Of a stretch of DNA of 64,000 nt, positions 27,295 to 36,131 are shown piece after piece. The translations under genes and the position numbers were made by a program. This DNA is from a virus. Lineage: Duplodnaviria > Caudoviricetes. The first letter of the stretch is position 1; each line of letters begins with the position of its first letter. Under the pieces are notes generated by a model that was given only the letters and a program-made list of their open reading frames with translations, was not told the origin of the DNA and did no database searches. The stretch covers positions 32,001 through 96,000 of the IMG/VR virus record IMGVR_UViG_3300002220_000189; one strand, given 5' to 3'.

Positions 27295-27323
27295 ATTATA
27301 CCATAATAAATTTATATTGTCAA
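27295..27323 (-). promoter_or_regulatory. Consensus sigma70 promoter with extended -10 driving the RNA array and TROVE operon
   Basis: TTGACA-17 bp (ending TGG)-TATAAT. Confidence 0.9.
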
Positions 27324-27324
27324 C

Positions 27325-27627
27325 TTATTTTTTCTTTAATTTTGGTTTTTCTGCTTTTTTTGATTCTTTTGGTTCATTTTTTATAACAATTTCTTCGATT
27401 TTTACATTTTTGCCCATATAAGCATTTACAATTCTGTCTCTTACTTCAAATGTTACAGAATCCAATCTACTATGCATACCAGCAATCATAATTCTAATAG
27501 GTCCAACAACTTTTTGAATATAATTCTCCGCTTCCTGTAAGTCATGTGCCGCAATAAATGTAGTCCATGAACTCATTGTTGATAATTTTTCATATTCAAT
27601 ACGAAAAACAAACATTTCTTTTGCCAT
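27325..27627 (-). CDS. Hypothetical protein with basic tail
   Basis: GAGGTG RBS, 100 aa. Confidence 0.6.
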   Translation of the reverse strand: MAKEMFVFRIEYEKLSTMSSWTTFIAAHDLQEAENYIQKVVGPIRIMIAGMHSRLDSVTFEVRDRIVNAYMGKNVKIEEIVIKNEPKESKKAEKPKLKKK

Positions 27628-27628
27628 T

Positions 27629-27832
27629 TTACACCTCTTCTAAAGTATCAAAATTCATTACATATTCTATATTACCATTTTTAGAAACATTGATAATTTT
27701 ATAATACGTAATCGTATCGTCCTTTCCTTTTTCTAATTTTTGTTTCGCCAATTCTTTTGTAAGAAATACATCATCAATTTTACCATTCAATGGAAAATCT
27801 TCTTGCATTTGTAGAAAATCAAATATTTTCAT
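27629..27832 (-). CDS. Hypothetical protein
   Basis: TAATG coupling to the upstream peptide. Confidence 0.55.
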   Translation of the reverse strand: MKIFDFLQMQEDFPLNGKIDDVFLTKELAKQKLEKGKDDTITYYKIINVSKNGNIEYVMNFDTLEEV

Positions 27833-27915
27833 TATTTTTTCTTTCCTTTCTTTTTTTTACCACCTTTTTTTGTATCCTGTTTTACTGGTTGTGAACCCTG
27901 TTTCTTCTTTGACAT
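27832..27915 (-). CDS. 27-aa lysine-rich peptide
   Basis: MSKKKQGSQPVKQDTKKGGKKKKGKKK; GGAGG RBS, TATAAATA at 27948-27955, TAATG overlap downstream. Confidence 0.65.
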   Translation of the reverse strand: MSKKKQGSQPVKQDTKKGGKKKKGKKK

Positions 27916-27959
27916 CTTATTCTACCTCCAAGTAATAGTATTTTATTTATTTATATATA

Positions 27960-29120
27960 TTATTTCTTTTTGGTAGTTTTTCTTGTTTTCTTTACAGTAC
28001 TCTCATCTTCCACCACATCCTCTGTAACTTGTGTAGTTTCATCTGTCATAATATTCATTAATATTTCTTCTGCTTGTTTGAGATTTTCATTAACCGTTGA
28101 ATATCCTGTTGTTTTAAGCCATTCATTCAAATCGTCTAATATTTTATTTGATAATTCTTGATTTTCTTTCAATGCTATTGTAGAGTTTGCTTCACCTTGA
28201 GCTAATCTTTCACCTTTATATGAATACCATGAACCAGATTTTTCAACAAGTCCAGCTTCTACTGCTAAATTCAATATACCAGCATAAGAATTTATACCAT
28301 TTACATAATCTATTTCTATAGTCGCTTCCTGAAATGCTGGATAAAATCTATTTTTTGTAGTGTATGCTGTAATTACATTTCCTGTAACATTTTTATCATC
28401 ATCTTTCATTTGAGATTTTTTAAGTTGGATAAAAATTGATGGTAAATATTTAAAAGCCTTGCCACCACCAACTTCATCTGGTTTTGTAAATTTTCCTATT
28501 GAACCCGGTGCGCCATACATATGACCAGTTAAGATAGCAATAGAATTTTGTAAAACACAAATACCAGTAATCATTTTTATAATAGTTCTAATATTTCTCT
28601 GTAACTGACCCTGATCAGCTTTTGGTTCTCCTTCTAATGCATCTTCATATGTTTTTAAACGATCAAGACCACCAACAGAATCAAGTATAATAATCATTTT
28701 TTCCATACCAGAATTTTTTAATTGAGCCAGAAACACCATAATTTCTTCAACCCATTGACTATAAAAATAAATAGCTTTTGAAGTATCCAATCCCCATCTT
28801 TGACAGAATTCAGTTTTTAATCCACCTTCAGTATCAATCAATATAGGTTGAAATCCATTTTTTGATGCATCTGCTGCACATAATACAGCAAAAGAACTTT
28901 TAAAACTACCTTCTGGCCCTGCTATACCAACAACAGCTCTTGTAGGAATTCCAATATTAAGATTACCTGAAAGAATTCTGTTTAAATCTAATGCAGGCGT
29001 TTTTATTGTTTCAGTTATATTAGCAATATCAGATTCTGTCATAAGAGAAATATGAGTACCTTTTATATTTTTTCTAACGGCTGCTAGCAGTTTTTCAATC
29101 TTATCATTCATTCTTTTCAT
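27960..29120 (-). CDS. uvsX: UvsX/RecA-like recombinase
   Basis: LNRILSG, AGPEGSFKS Walker A, IDTEG, ILDSVG, GGGKA, KNRF, KSGSWYSY. Confidence 0.92.
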   Translation of the reverse strand: MKRMNDKIEKLLAAVRKNIKGTHISLMTESDIANITETIKTPALDLNRILSGNLNIGIPTRAVVGIAGPEGSFKSSFAVLCAADASKNGFQPILIDTEGGLKTEFCQRWGLDTSKAIYFYSQWVEEIMVFLAQLKNSGMEKMIIILDSVGGLDRLKTYEDALEGEPKADQGQLQRNIRTIIKMITGICVLQNSIAILTGHMYGAPGSIGKFTKPDEVGGGKAFKYLPSIFIQLKKSQMKDDDKNVTGNVITAYTTKNRFYPAFQEATIEIDYVNGINSYAGILNLAVEAGLVEKSGSWYSYKGERLAQGEANSTIALKENQELSNKILDDLNEWLKTTGYSTVNENLKQAEEILMNIMTDETTQVTEDVVEDESTVKKTRKTTKKK

Positions 29121-29170
29121 TCTCCTTTAAAATATTTCACATTTTTCAACTTGTTCAAAAATTTTCTTGA

Positions 29171-29776
29171 TTATATTATATTTAACTGACTAAATCCATT
29201 TATTTTTTGTCTGTTTCTTTGTGCGATAGCCATTTTTCTTTTTGTTTCTTTTGAAAAAATTCGTTTTTTCCCATACATAGGGTTATTTTCACCTTTTGTT
29301 GCATCACTTATTTTTCTTTTTGCTTCTTCTGTATGGTTGTTTCCTTTATGTGATTCACTATTTTTTCTTTTTGATTCTTCTGAATGATTTTTTCCATACA
29401 TGGGATTTGATGTACCCGCTTGTAATCCTTTATGTGATCTACTCATTTTTATTTTTGATTCTTTTAAATGTTTGAAACCATGCATTCCTTCGCCTCCCCA
29501 TGTTAGATTATATCCATCTTCACTTACATGGGTTTTATGAACCATTATCATGAAAGTTTCCATTATACTCATTATTTCCCAAGAAGAACATTCACAAAGA
29601 GTTTTAAGAGTAAAGTTTTCAATTCCATATTTTCTTAATGCGTTATAAAAATAAATATTATCTTTATTATATTTTAATCTATTTAAATGTTTTGACCATC
29701 TTTTATTTAAAGTCTTTGTAGTTTTACCAATATAAGATTTATAATTAAGAATATTAGTTATTTTATAGATTATCAT
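29171..29776 (-). CDS. Free-standing GIY-YIG homing endonuclease with NUMOD3 repeats
   Basis: IIYKITN...YIGKT, GYNLTWGGEG, NPMYGKNHSEESK. Confidence 0.92.
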   Translation of the reverse strand: MIIYKITNILNYKSYIGKTTKTLNKRWSKHLNRLKYNKDNIYFYNALRKYGIENFTLKTLCECSSWEIMSIMETFMIMVHKTHVSEDGYNLTWGGEGMHGFKHLKESKIKMSRSHKGLQAGTSNPMYGKNHSEESKRKNSESHKGNNHTEEAKRKISDATKGENNPMYGKKRIFSKETKRKMAIAQRNRQKINGFSQLNII

Positions 29777-32204
29777 TTAATATTACCTGGCTATAACCAT
29801 TTATTTTATTTACCATATATACAGTGTCAATTTCTAAGTTAGTGATTTCACTTCTATGAGTTATTAAAAATACTTTACTATTATCTTCTCTTTGTTTAGA
29901 ACGAATTATTTTTAGTAAATTATGTAATCCTGATGCGTCAATAGAAGAATCTAATATCTCATCGAATATTATTATATCAGGAAATATAGCCGCTTGTAAA
30001 CGTAAAATATCTAAAAATGCTAATTGTAATGCTAAGTCAATACTTCTTGCTTCACCACCGCTCAAATTACCGTATGAGCAATTTGTAATACCAGGTCCTA
30101 ATATTTCTTCTTCTAACCAACCAGTAAATTTTAAATAAAAGTTACATCCACCTTCAGCCAAATAATGATTTACCTGTTTCGTCAAAAATGGCATAATTGA
30201 TGATATTGCAAATTGTTTTACATTTTCATCTTTACATAATAATTTTATTTGTTCAAGATAATCAATTATATTATTAAATTTATTTACTTTTTCTACATCT
30301 TCATCAATCTTTTCTATTATTACCTTGATGTTACTTTCTAAATCATAAATATTTCTTGATATTTCATCATTTACCTTATCCTCAAATAATACTTTTTCCC
30401 GTAAAGTTTGTAATTTGTTATTCAGTTCATTCAATAATTTCAATTTTCCTACTACAACACCATATTCATTATTTAAAATACTTAAAACTTCCTTATCATT
30501 AGAAATTTCAGAAGTTATATCTTTCAATCTATTATTCATTTCCATAATAATATTTTGGATTGTTAATAAACTATCTTCTAATTCTTTAATCTCCAAACTG
30601 AAATCCCTATATTCTTCATATTTTATACATTCATTTTTAATGTCTATAATTTCTTTGATAATACTTTTCAAGGTTTCTATTTTAGTACTCAAAACGTCTT
30701 TATTCTGTAACATATACTGAAGTTGTTCGGTATAATATTTAATATCATTATCAATTTTTAAAATATCTTCCTTTAAATTAGTAGCTTGTTCGGTAAAAGA
30801 AGAAGAAAAGCCATTAAATGATATTATAGAACCACAAGTGGGACAAATATCTTTACCTTTTAGATTATCAAGTTTTTTTATTATTTCATCATAATGTTTT
30901 TTATTACTATATCGTTTACCATTTAGAATACTACATTTTTCTTTCATATTATCAATTTCATTACAAAGTATTGATAATTCTGACATCAACAATGAAAGTT
31001 CAATATTCAACTTATCTGATTCGCCATATTCTTTAATTCTATTATTATATAAATCAAATGCTTTTATATACTTATCCGCATTTTCCTTCTTTTTTCGCAT
31101 ATCATGAATTTTAAAATTAATATTTTCTTCTTTTGTAACACTAATACTTTTACTTATTTCTAATGTTCCTTTTCTTGTCGTATTCTTTTCTATTGATTGT
31201 TTTAAGTCATAAATTTTATCGTCAATAAGACGTAAATCTTCTTCTGTTACATCAATATCATTAATTTTCTTTATAATACCATCCATTTCTTTCTTTGATG
31301 ATATCATATTACGTTGTTTATCTTTTAATTGAGTTAATTGAAATTTTAATTCATCAGATTTCTTCTCATTATATCTAATTTCTATATTAAGTTCGTGTAT
31401 TTTGTTGTTTATAACATTAAGTTTTTCATTTGATTTTTCATTGATTTTAGTGTATATATTCAAACCAAACACTCTTTCCAAAAATGCTCTTTTTTTCTGA
31501 GTATCCATTTTTAGTATAGGTGTTAAAGTATTGAGATTTGTATGTACTATGGATACAAATGTATTAAAATCAATATCTAATATTTCAGTTTCTAATTGTT
31601 TTTGATATAATCTAACATCAGATAATGGTGGAATTGGATCATTATTACGATATATTTCCAATTTATCAGGTTTTATTCCTCTTATTATAGTAAATATATC
31701 GTTATTTTTTTTAAATCTTATTTTGACTTCACAATTTTTACGATTTTTCCAATTTACTATTTGTTCTTTCTTAACACTTCTATTCAATTTACCAAAAAGT
31801 GCAAATGTAATAGGTTCAAGACATGAAGAATTATGTGAAAGAATACCGTTTGAATAGTACTGTTCTACTTCTTCCACTTGAATATCATATAATGTATATT
31901 TTAACGGAAGTTTATAACATTCTATAACTTGTTCATGGCCTTTTTTAGTTTGAATATTGTTTGATATTTTTAGATTTTTTACAAACACCCAATTACCATA
32001 TTCATCTTTTACTCTGTGATCAGGAGAACAGATAAGAGAAAATGATAGTGTTTTCAATAAAAATGATTCTGCATTTTTTTCAATAATTTCACAAGCAATA
32101 ATTCTTTTATTTCCATATGGCGTATCCACATATATTGATCCGATATGTTCAGGAAATTTTTTGTAAAATTTATAAATTTTAGATATTGTACAGGTTACAT
32201 TCAT
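29763..32204 (-). CDS. gp46: C-intein (125 aa, 31830-32204) + C-terminal part of gp46 (SbcC/Rad50-like recombination ATPase)
   Basis: CSPDH block B, YDIQV...YYSNGILSHN|SSCLEPITFALFGK, CPTC hook, LSGGE, IIIFDE, LITH. Confidence 0.92.
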   Translation of the reverse strand: MNVTCTISKIYKFYKKFPEHIGSIYVDTPYGNKRIIACEIIEKNAESFLLKTLSFSLICSPDHRVKDEYGNWVFVKNLKISNNIQTKKGHEQVIECYKLPLKYTLYDIQVEEVEQYYSNGILSHNSSCLEPITFALFGKLNRSVKKEQIVNWKNRKNCEVKIRFKKNNDIFTIIRGIKPDKLEIYRNNDPIPPLSDVRLYQKQLETEILDIDFNTFVSIVHTNLNTLTPILKMDTQKKRAFLERVFGLNIYTKINEKSNEKLNVINNKIHELNIEIRYNEKKSDELKFQLTQLKDKQRNMISSKKEMDGIIKKINDIDVTEEDLRLIDDKIYDLKQSIEKNTTRKGTLEISKSISVTKEENINFKIHDMRKKKENADKYIKAFDLYNNRIKEYGESDKLNIELSLLMSELSILCNEIDNMKEKCSILNGKRYSNKKHYDEIIKKLDNLKGKDICPTCGSIISFNGFSSSFTEQATNLKEDILKIDNDIKYYTEQLQYMLQNKDVLSTKIETLKSIIKEIIDIKNECIKYEEYRDFSLEIKELEDSLLTIQNIIMEMNNRLKDITSEISNDKEVLSILNNEYGVVVGKLKLLNELNNKLQTLREKVLFEDKVNDEISRNIYDLESNIKVIIEKIDEDVEKVNKFNNIIDYLEQIKLLCKDENVKQFAISSIMPFLTKQVNHYLAEGGCNFYLKFTGWLEEEILGPGITNCSYGNLSGGEARSIDLALQLAFLDILRLQAAIFPDIIIFDEILDSSIDASGLHNLLKIIRSKQREDNSKVFLITHRSEITNLEIDTVYMVNKINGYSQVILNDNL

Positions 32205-33258
32205 TTTCTAGAATAAAATCCTTACATTTTTGAATATTTACTTCTTTAGTATCAGATGACCATATTTCTAAAACTTTAAAGTTTGCACTATTAGCTAGTT
32301 CAAGTTTATGTTTTTGATAGTTATACATTTCTTTAGCCGATTTTCTATTGAAAGGATGTTGCCATTTTTCTAATTTTTCATCATTCCATAATGGGTTTGG
32401 ATGAAATGCCTCTCCATTATATTCTATAATAAGTCTTACAGGATGTAAAATAGTAAAATCATAAAAGTAACATTTTATAGTTCCATCTACATTTTTTCTA
32501 TTCTCAAATAATTTAAATTCACCTAATTCATTACATCCGATAAAAATATCAGTTTGTTTGTATTTTCTAGATATAAGCCATTCGTATAATTCAATAAAAA
32601 TGGTAAGAGATTCTTGTGAATATAACGAATTTTTCATACCTTTTATCATTGCTGTTTTCCATGATTTATATTTCTTTGTTCCTTCTTCGATACCATATTT
32701 CTTGATATTATTTTCTAATGAATTGCTACATTTCAAACATCTTTCGGTATATTTCTTTGTTCCTTCTTCGATACCATATTTCCTAACAAAGTTTTCCAAT
32801 GTTAACGCTTTTGATTTATTTATCCTTTCAATTTCTTCTGCTGGTTTAGCTTTTAGAGTTTTCTGCCATTTTTCTTGTCTTTCTTCCCATCGTTTAGTAC
32901 CTTCTTTCTTACCATATTTTTCTATACATTTTTTTAAAGTAAAAGTTCTTTGTCTTTCTGATACTTTTTGTTTAGCTTCTTCTTCAGAAAAACCTTTATT
33001 TATCCAATATTCAATATTCATATTATAATATTTTTTATATTTTTGTGGGTTTTCTTTTTTAGTTTTTGATCCTTTTTTACACATTTCTAATATTTTTTGT
33101 TTAGCTTCTTCTTCAGAAAAACCTTTATTTATCCAATATTCAATATTTGTAGGTCTTCTTTTTCTTATTTCAAGAATAGAGTCTTTTTCAGAAAAACCTT
33201 TATTTATCCAATATTTTATTGAGTATGGTGATATTATATTACCTTTTTCATCTTTCAT
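32179..33258 (-). CDS. Free-standing putative homing endonuclease between the split-intein halves (repeat-rich N-terminus, Vsr/PD-(D/E)xK-like C-terminus)
   Basis: 3x YWINKGFSE, 3x KYGxxEGTK(K/R); C-terminal YFYDF...IIEYNGEAFH...KVLEIW; TATAAATA at 33264-33271. Confidence 0.75.
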   Translation of the reverse strand: MKDEKGNIISPYSIKYWINKGFSEKDSILEIRKRRPTNIEYWINKGFSEEEAKQKILEMCKKGSKTKKENPQKYKKYYNMNIEYWINKGFSEEEAKQKVSERQRTFTLKKCIEKYGKKEGTKRWEERQEKWQKTLKAKPAEEIERINKSKALTLENFVRKYGIEEGTKKYTERCLKCSNSLENNIKKYGIEEGTKKYKSWKTAMIKGMKNSLYSQESLTIFIELYEWLISRKYKQTDIFIGCNELGEFKLFENRKNVDGTIKCYFYDFTILHPVRLIIEYNGEAFHPNPLWNDEKLEKWQHPFNRKSAKEMYNYQKHKLELANSANFKVLEIWSSDTKEVNIQKCKDFILENECNLYNI

Positions 33259-33288
33259 ATGAATATTTATATAAACGCAATCGGAAAA

Positions 33289-33507
33289 TCATTCACTTTC
33301 CAAAAAAATATTAATAATATTTTCAGGAACAATAACATCTATATTTGTCTCACCATCGACACATTTTCCACTAGAATTACTTCTATTTCTTTCACTATCC
33401 ATTCCTAAAATAAGATTAATACCTGGAGTGAATGTTATTTTTTGGGGTATTTTACCATATGATAAGAAATTACGCCATTCTATATCAATCATTTCTATTT
33501 TATGCAT
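33289..33507 (-). CDS. gp46: N-terminal part of gp46 (48 aa) + 24-aa N-intein (33292-33363)
   Basis: WRNFLSYG...NLILG...NSSGK|CVDGETNI..., then stop. Confidence 0.9.
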   Translation of the reverse strand: MHKIEMIDIEWRNFLSYGKIPQKITFTPGINLILGMDSERNRSNSSGKCVDGETNIDVIVPENIINIFLESE

Positions 33508-33983
33508 TGATTAAATTTTATATCTCCCAACCATAATTTCTGAAGCCATATTACACCCACTTGTAAACCAAATTTAGGCCATGTTTCGGGTGTATCTATA
33601 GGTAATATTTCTTTTATACCAAATTTAGCACTTTGAATATCTTTCAATCTTGCTTTCATCCATATTGCATTTATAAGACATAAAAAAACAACATTAGTAG
33701 ATATTTCCATACTATGTTGTAAAAATTTTCTAAATTGAGAATATGGTGGATTAGTTATTATCCAGTCTACATTTTCATTAAATTCAAAAAAATCTACACC
33801 ATCATCAATTTCACACCATAATTTTGTACATTCTTTTGGAAATGCATTATAAAAAGCGCCTTGTCCTCTACATGGTTCAAGTATTGTTCCAGTTGGTGAA
33901 AAATGGTCTACTATTTTTTGAGCAACGTCTTCTGGTGTATATATTCTATCATTACCACCTTTTCCTATAAGTGCTCTACTCAT
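33495..33983 (-). CDS. Small DNA adenine methyltransferase-like protein
   Basis: YTPE, ILEPCRGQGAF, DFF, IITNPPYS. Confidence 0.82.
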   Translation of the reverse strand: MSRALIGKGGNDRIYTPEDVAQKIVDHFSPTGTILEPCRGQGAFYNAFPKECTKLWCEIDDGVDFFEFNENVDWIITNPPYSQFRKFLQHSMEISTNVVFLCLINAIWMKARLKDIQSAKFGIKEILPIDTPETWPKFGLQVGVIWLQKLWLGDIKFNQCIK

Positions 33984-34189
33984 CTATCCTCTATACACAT
34001 ATAAATTGTTTCAGGGCTAAATCTCTTATTGCCTAAAAAATCTGTAGTACATTTAATCCAAGTAATAGAAAACGAATGCCCTGTCTTATTTTTTAAATGT
34101 TCTTCAAAAGAGGATGTATCAGGACTATTATTTTCAAACCATTCTTCTAATTCCTCATATGTTCCAAACAGTACAGTTTCTTCTCTCAT
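33980..34189 (-). CDS. Hypothetical protein
   Basis: AAGGA RBS, ATGA overlap. Confidence 0.55.
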   Translation of the reverse strand: MREETVLFGTYEELEEWFENNSPDTSSFEEHLKNKTGHSFSITWIKCTTDFLGNKRFSPETIYMCIEDR

Positions 34190-34194
34190 ATGAT

Positions 34195-34476
34195 TTATCC
34201 TTCTTCTTTTTGATCTTCATATACACCAAGAATACCATATCCAGCAATATCATTATAAGGACTTTCTCCCAAGGCGTGCTTATCAGTAGCAATCCTAAAC
34301 AATTTATCAATTATTCGTGTAACTGCGAGCATATCTCTATATTTATCTACTGTTACACCATTAGGATATAATATTTCCAATATTTTAGGTGAATTAGCAA
34401 AAGAATCACCATATTTAGCGTTCTTTTCAGTTACTAAACTACCTATTTCTAATCCTATATCTCTATATGATTTCAT
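34195..34476 (-). CDS. DUF1599-like nucleotide-modification-associated protein
   Basis: KNAKYGDSF...RIIDKLFRI...DIAGYGIL. Confidence 0.7.
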   Translation of the reverse strand: MKSYRDIGLEIGSLVTEKNAKYGDSFANSPKILEILYPNGVTVDKYRDMLAVTRIIDKLFRIATDKHALGESPYNDIAGYGILGVYEDQKEEG

Positions 34477-34940
34477 TCTTCCGCATCTCTCCTTTGTTCA
34501 TATATTTCTGAAGCTAAATTTGCAACTCTTGATGCCCATCTTACATCATCTTTATTAAGCTCTACTTCCTCAGCAAAATCTTCAATATCATGTGGAAGTA
34601 TTTTATATGGATTTTTTTCACTATCAATATCTATAAAAATATGCCTTAATTCGTGTCTTAAAAGTCTAATTTTATCAATTCTTTCAATATTATCCCATAC
34701 ACATTTATCTAAATAAATAATATATGGAATACCTTCTTCAGCTTCTTCTAGTGTTAAATATTTAATTAAATCATTAGATTTTTGACATCTTCCAAGAATT
34801 AATTTTCCCCCAGATTGTCTTTTTTTCAAGTCAAATAATACTTTAATATCAACATTTCTAAGTGATGGAAAATATTCTCCTTTTATTTCTGATAATAAAT
34901 CTAATACATCTTGTGTTACCTCTTCAAATCTAATATTCAT
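34473..34940 (-). CDS. Putative phage metallopeptidase
   Basis: LLRHELRHI (HExxH) ...PHDIEDF. Confidence 0.75.
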   Translation of the reverse strand: MNIRFEEVTQDVLDLLSEIKGEYFPSLRNVDIKVLFDLKKRQSGGKLILGRCQKSNDLIKYLTLEEAEEGIPYIIYLDKCVWDNIERIDKIRLLRHELRHIFIDIDSEKNPYKILPHDIEDFAEEVELNKDDVRWASRVANLASEIYEQRRDAEE

Positions 34941-34945
34941 AATAA

Positions 34946-35164
34946 TTACCTCTTCTTTCCTTTCAATTTTATCATATAACGGTTTCTACCAAGTTTTTTT
35001 GAAATTTTGTAAATATAACCATCAATTTCTAAAAAATCTCTTAAATTTGGATCGGGTCTTGCTATCTTATGAGATGGCATTAATTCAAAAGGTATTTCTG
35101 CCTTTGCTTCTTCATAATCTTTTTTTTCATCATCAAGCATCTTCTTTTTTTCAATATAATCCAT
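34946..35164 (-). CDS. Hypothetical protein
   Basis: 72 aa ORF in operon. Confidence 0.5.
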   Translation of the reverse strand: MDYIEKKKMLDDEKKDYEEAKAEIPFELMPSHKIARPDPNLRDFLEIDGYIYKISKKLGRNRYMIKLKGKKR

Positions 35165-35173
35165 AAAAATACA

Positions 35174-36115
35174 TTACTCCTTTATATTGTAATAAAATTT
35201 ATACCATTGTACAAATCTTTCTAACCCTTCATCTATATCTACTTTAGGGGAATATCCAAATTCAGAAACTAATTTATCAACATTAGCTCTCGATTTATTG
35301 ATTTCACCCGGTGGTATTGAAACATATTCTTTTTTACCAGTAATACCTGTCAATTCCTCTAACTTTGTTACAACATAGTTCAAATCGACACTGTTAGTAT
35401 TTGCTATATTATATATTACATATTCTTGTGGTATGTGTAATGTTTCTAAAATCATATCAACAACATCATCAACAAAAGTAAAATTTCGTTCCATTTTTCC
35501 ATAACCATTCATCTTCAATACTTTATTATTATACAATGCATCTGTCCATATGTAAATGGCCATATCGGGTCTTCCCCATTCACCATAAACAGTAAAAAAT
35601 CTCAATCCAGTACACTTTACGTTATATGCGCTACTATATACTCTAGCTTGTAACTCATTATATCTTTTAGTTGCTGCATACATATTAAGAGGATTATCAA
35701 CATCGGCATCTTCAATAGATTCTTCTTTACTTTCACCATACACACTGCTACTTGATGCATACACAAAATTTTTCACATTCCACATTCTTGCTCGTTCTAA
35801 CATGTGAAATGTTCCCCAACTATTATTATATTCATATATTTTAGGATTTTCTAATGAATATGGTATACCGGCATATGCTCCTAAATGACAAATATAATCT
35901 GATTTTAATGAATGTGGAATAAAATTCTGTACAGGTCCCTCATAAAACATAAATTTATCATAATTATTCAGATTATTTAGTCTTGCATGTTTCAAATTTA
36001 TATCATAATATGTGTTTACACTATCTACACCATTTACTCTTTTACCCATATCTAATAATCTTTTACAAACATGATAACCTATAAAACCGGCAGCGCCTGT
36101 AATTAAATATGTCAT
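35174..36115 (-). CDS. NAD-dependent epimerase (UDP-glucuronate 4-epimerase-like)
   Basis: TGAAGFIG, ASSSSVYG, YAATK, LRFFTVYGEWGRPDMA. Confidence 0.92.
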   Translation of the reverse strand: MTYLITGAAGFIGYHVCKRLLDMGKRVNGVDSVNTYYDINLKHARLNNLNNYDKFMFYEGPVQNFIPHSLKSDYICHLGAYAGIPYSLENPKIYEYNNSWGTFHMLERARMWNVKNFVYASSSSVYGESKEESIEDADVDNPLNMYAATKRYNELQARVYSSAYNVKCTGLRFFTVYGEWGRPDMAIYIWTDALYNNKVLKMNGYGKMERNFTFVDDVVDMILETLHIPQEYVIYNIANTNSVDLNYVVTKLEELTGITGKKEYVSIPPGEINKSRANVDKLVSEFGYSPKVDIDEGLERFVQWYKFYYNIKE

Positions 36116-36131
36116 TATTTTTATCCCTCTC

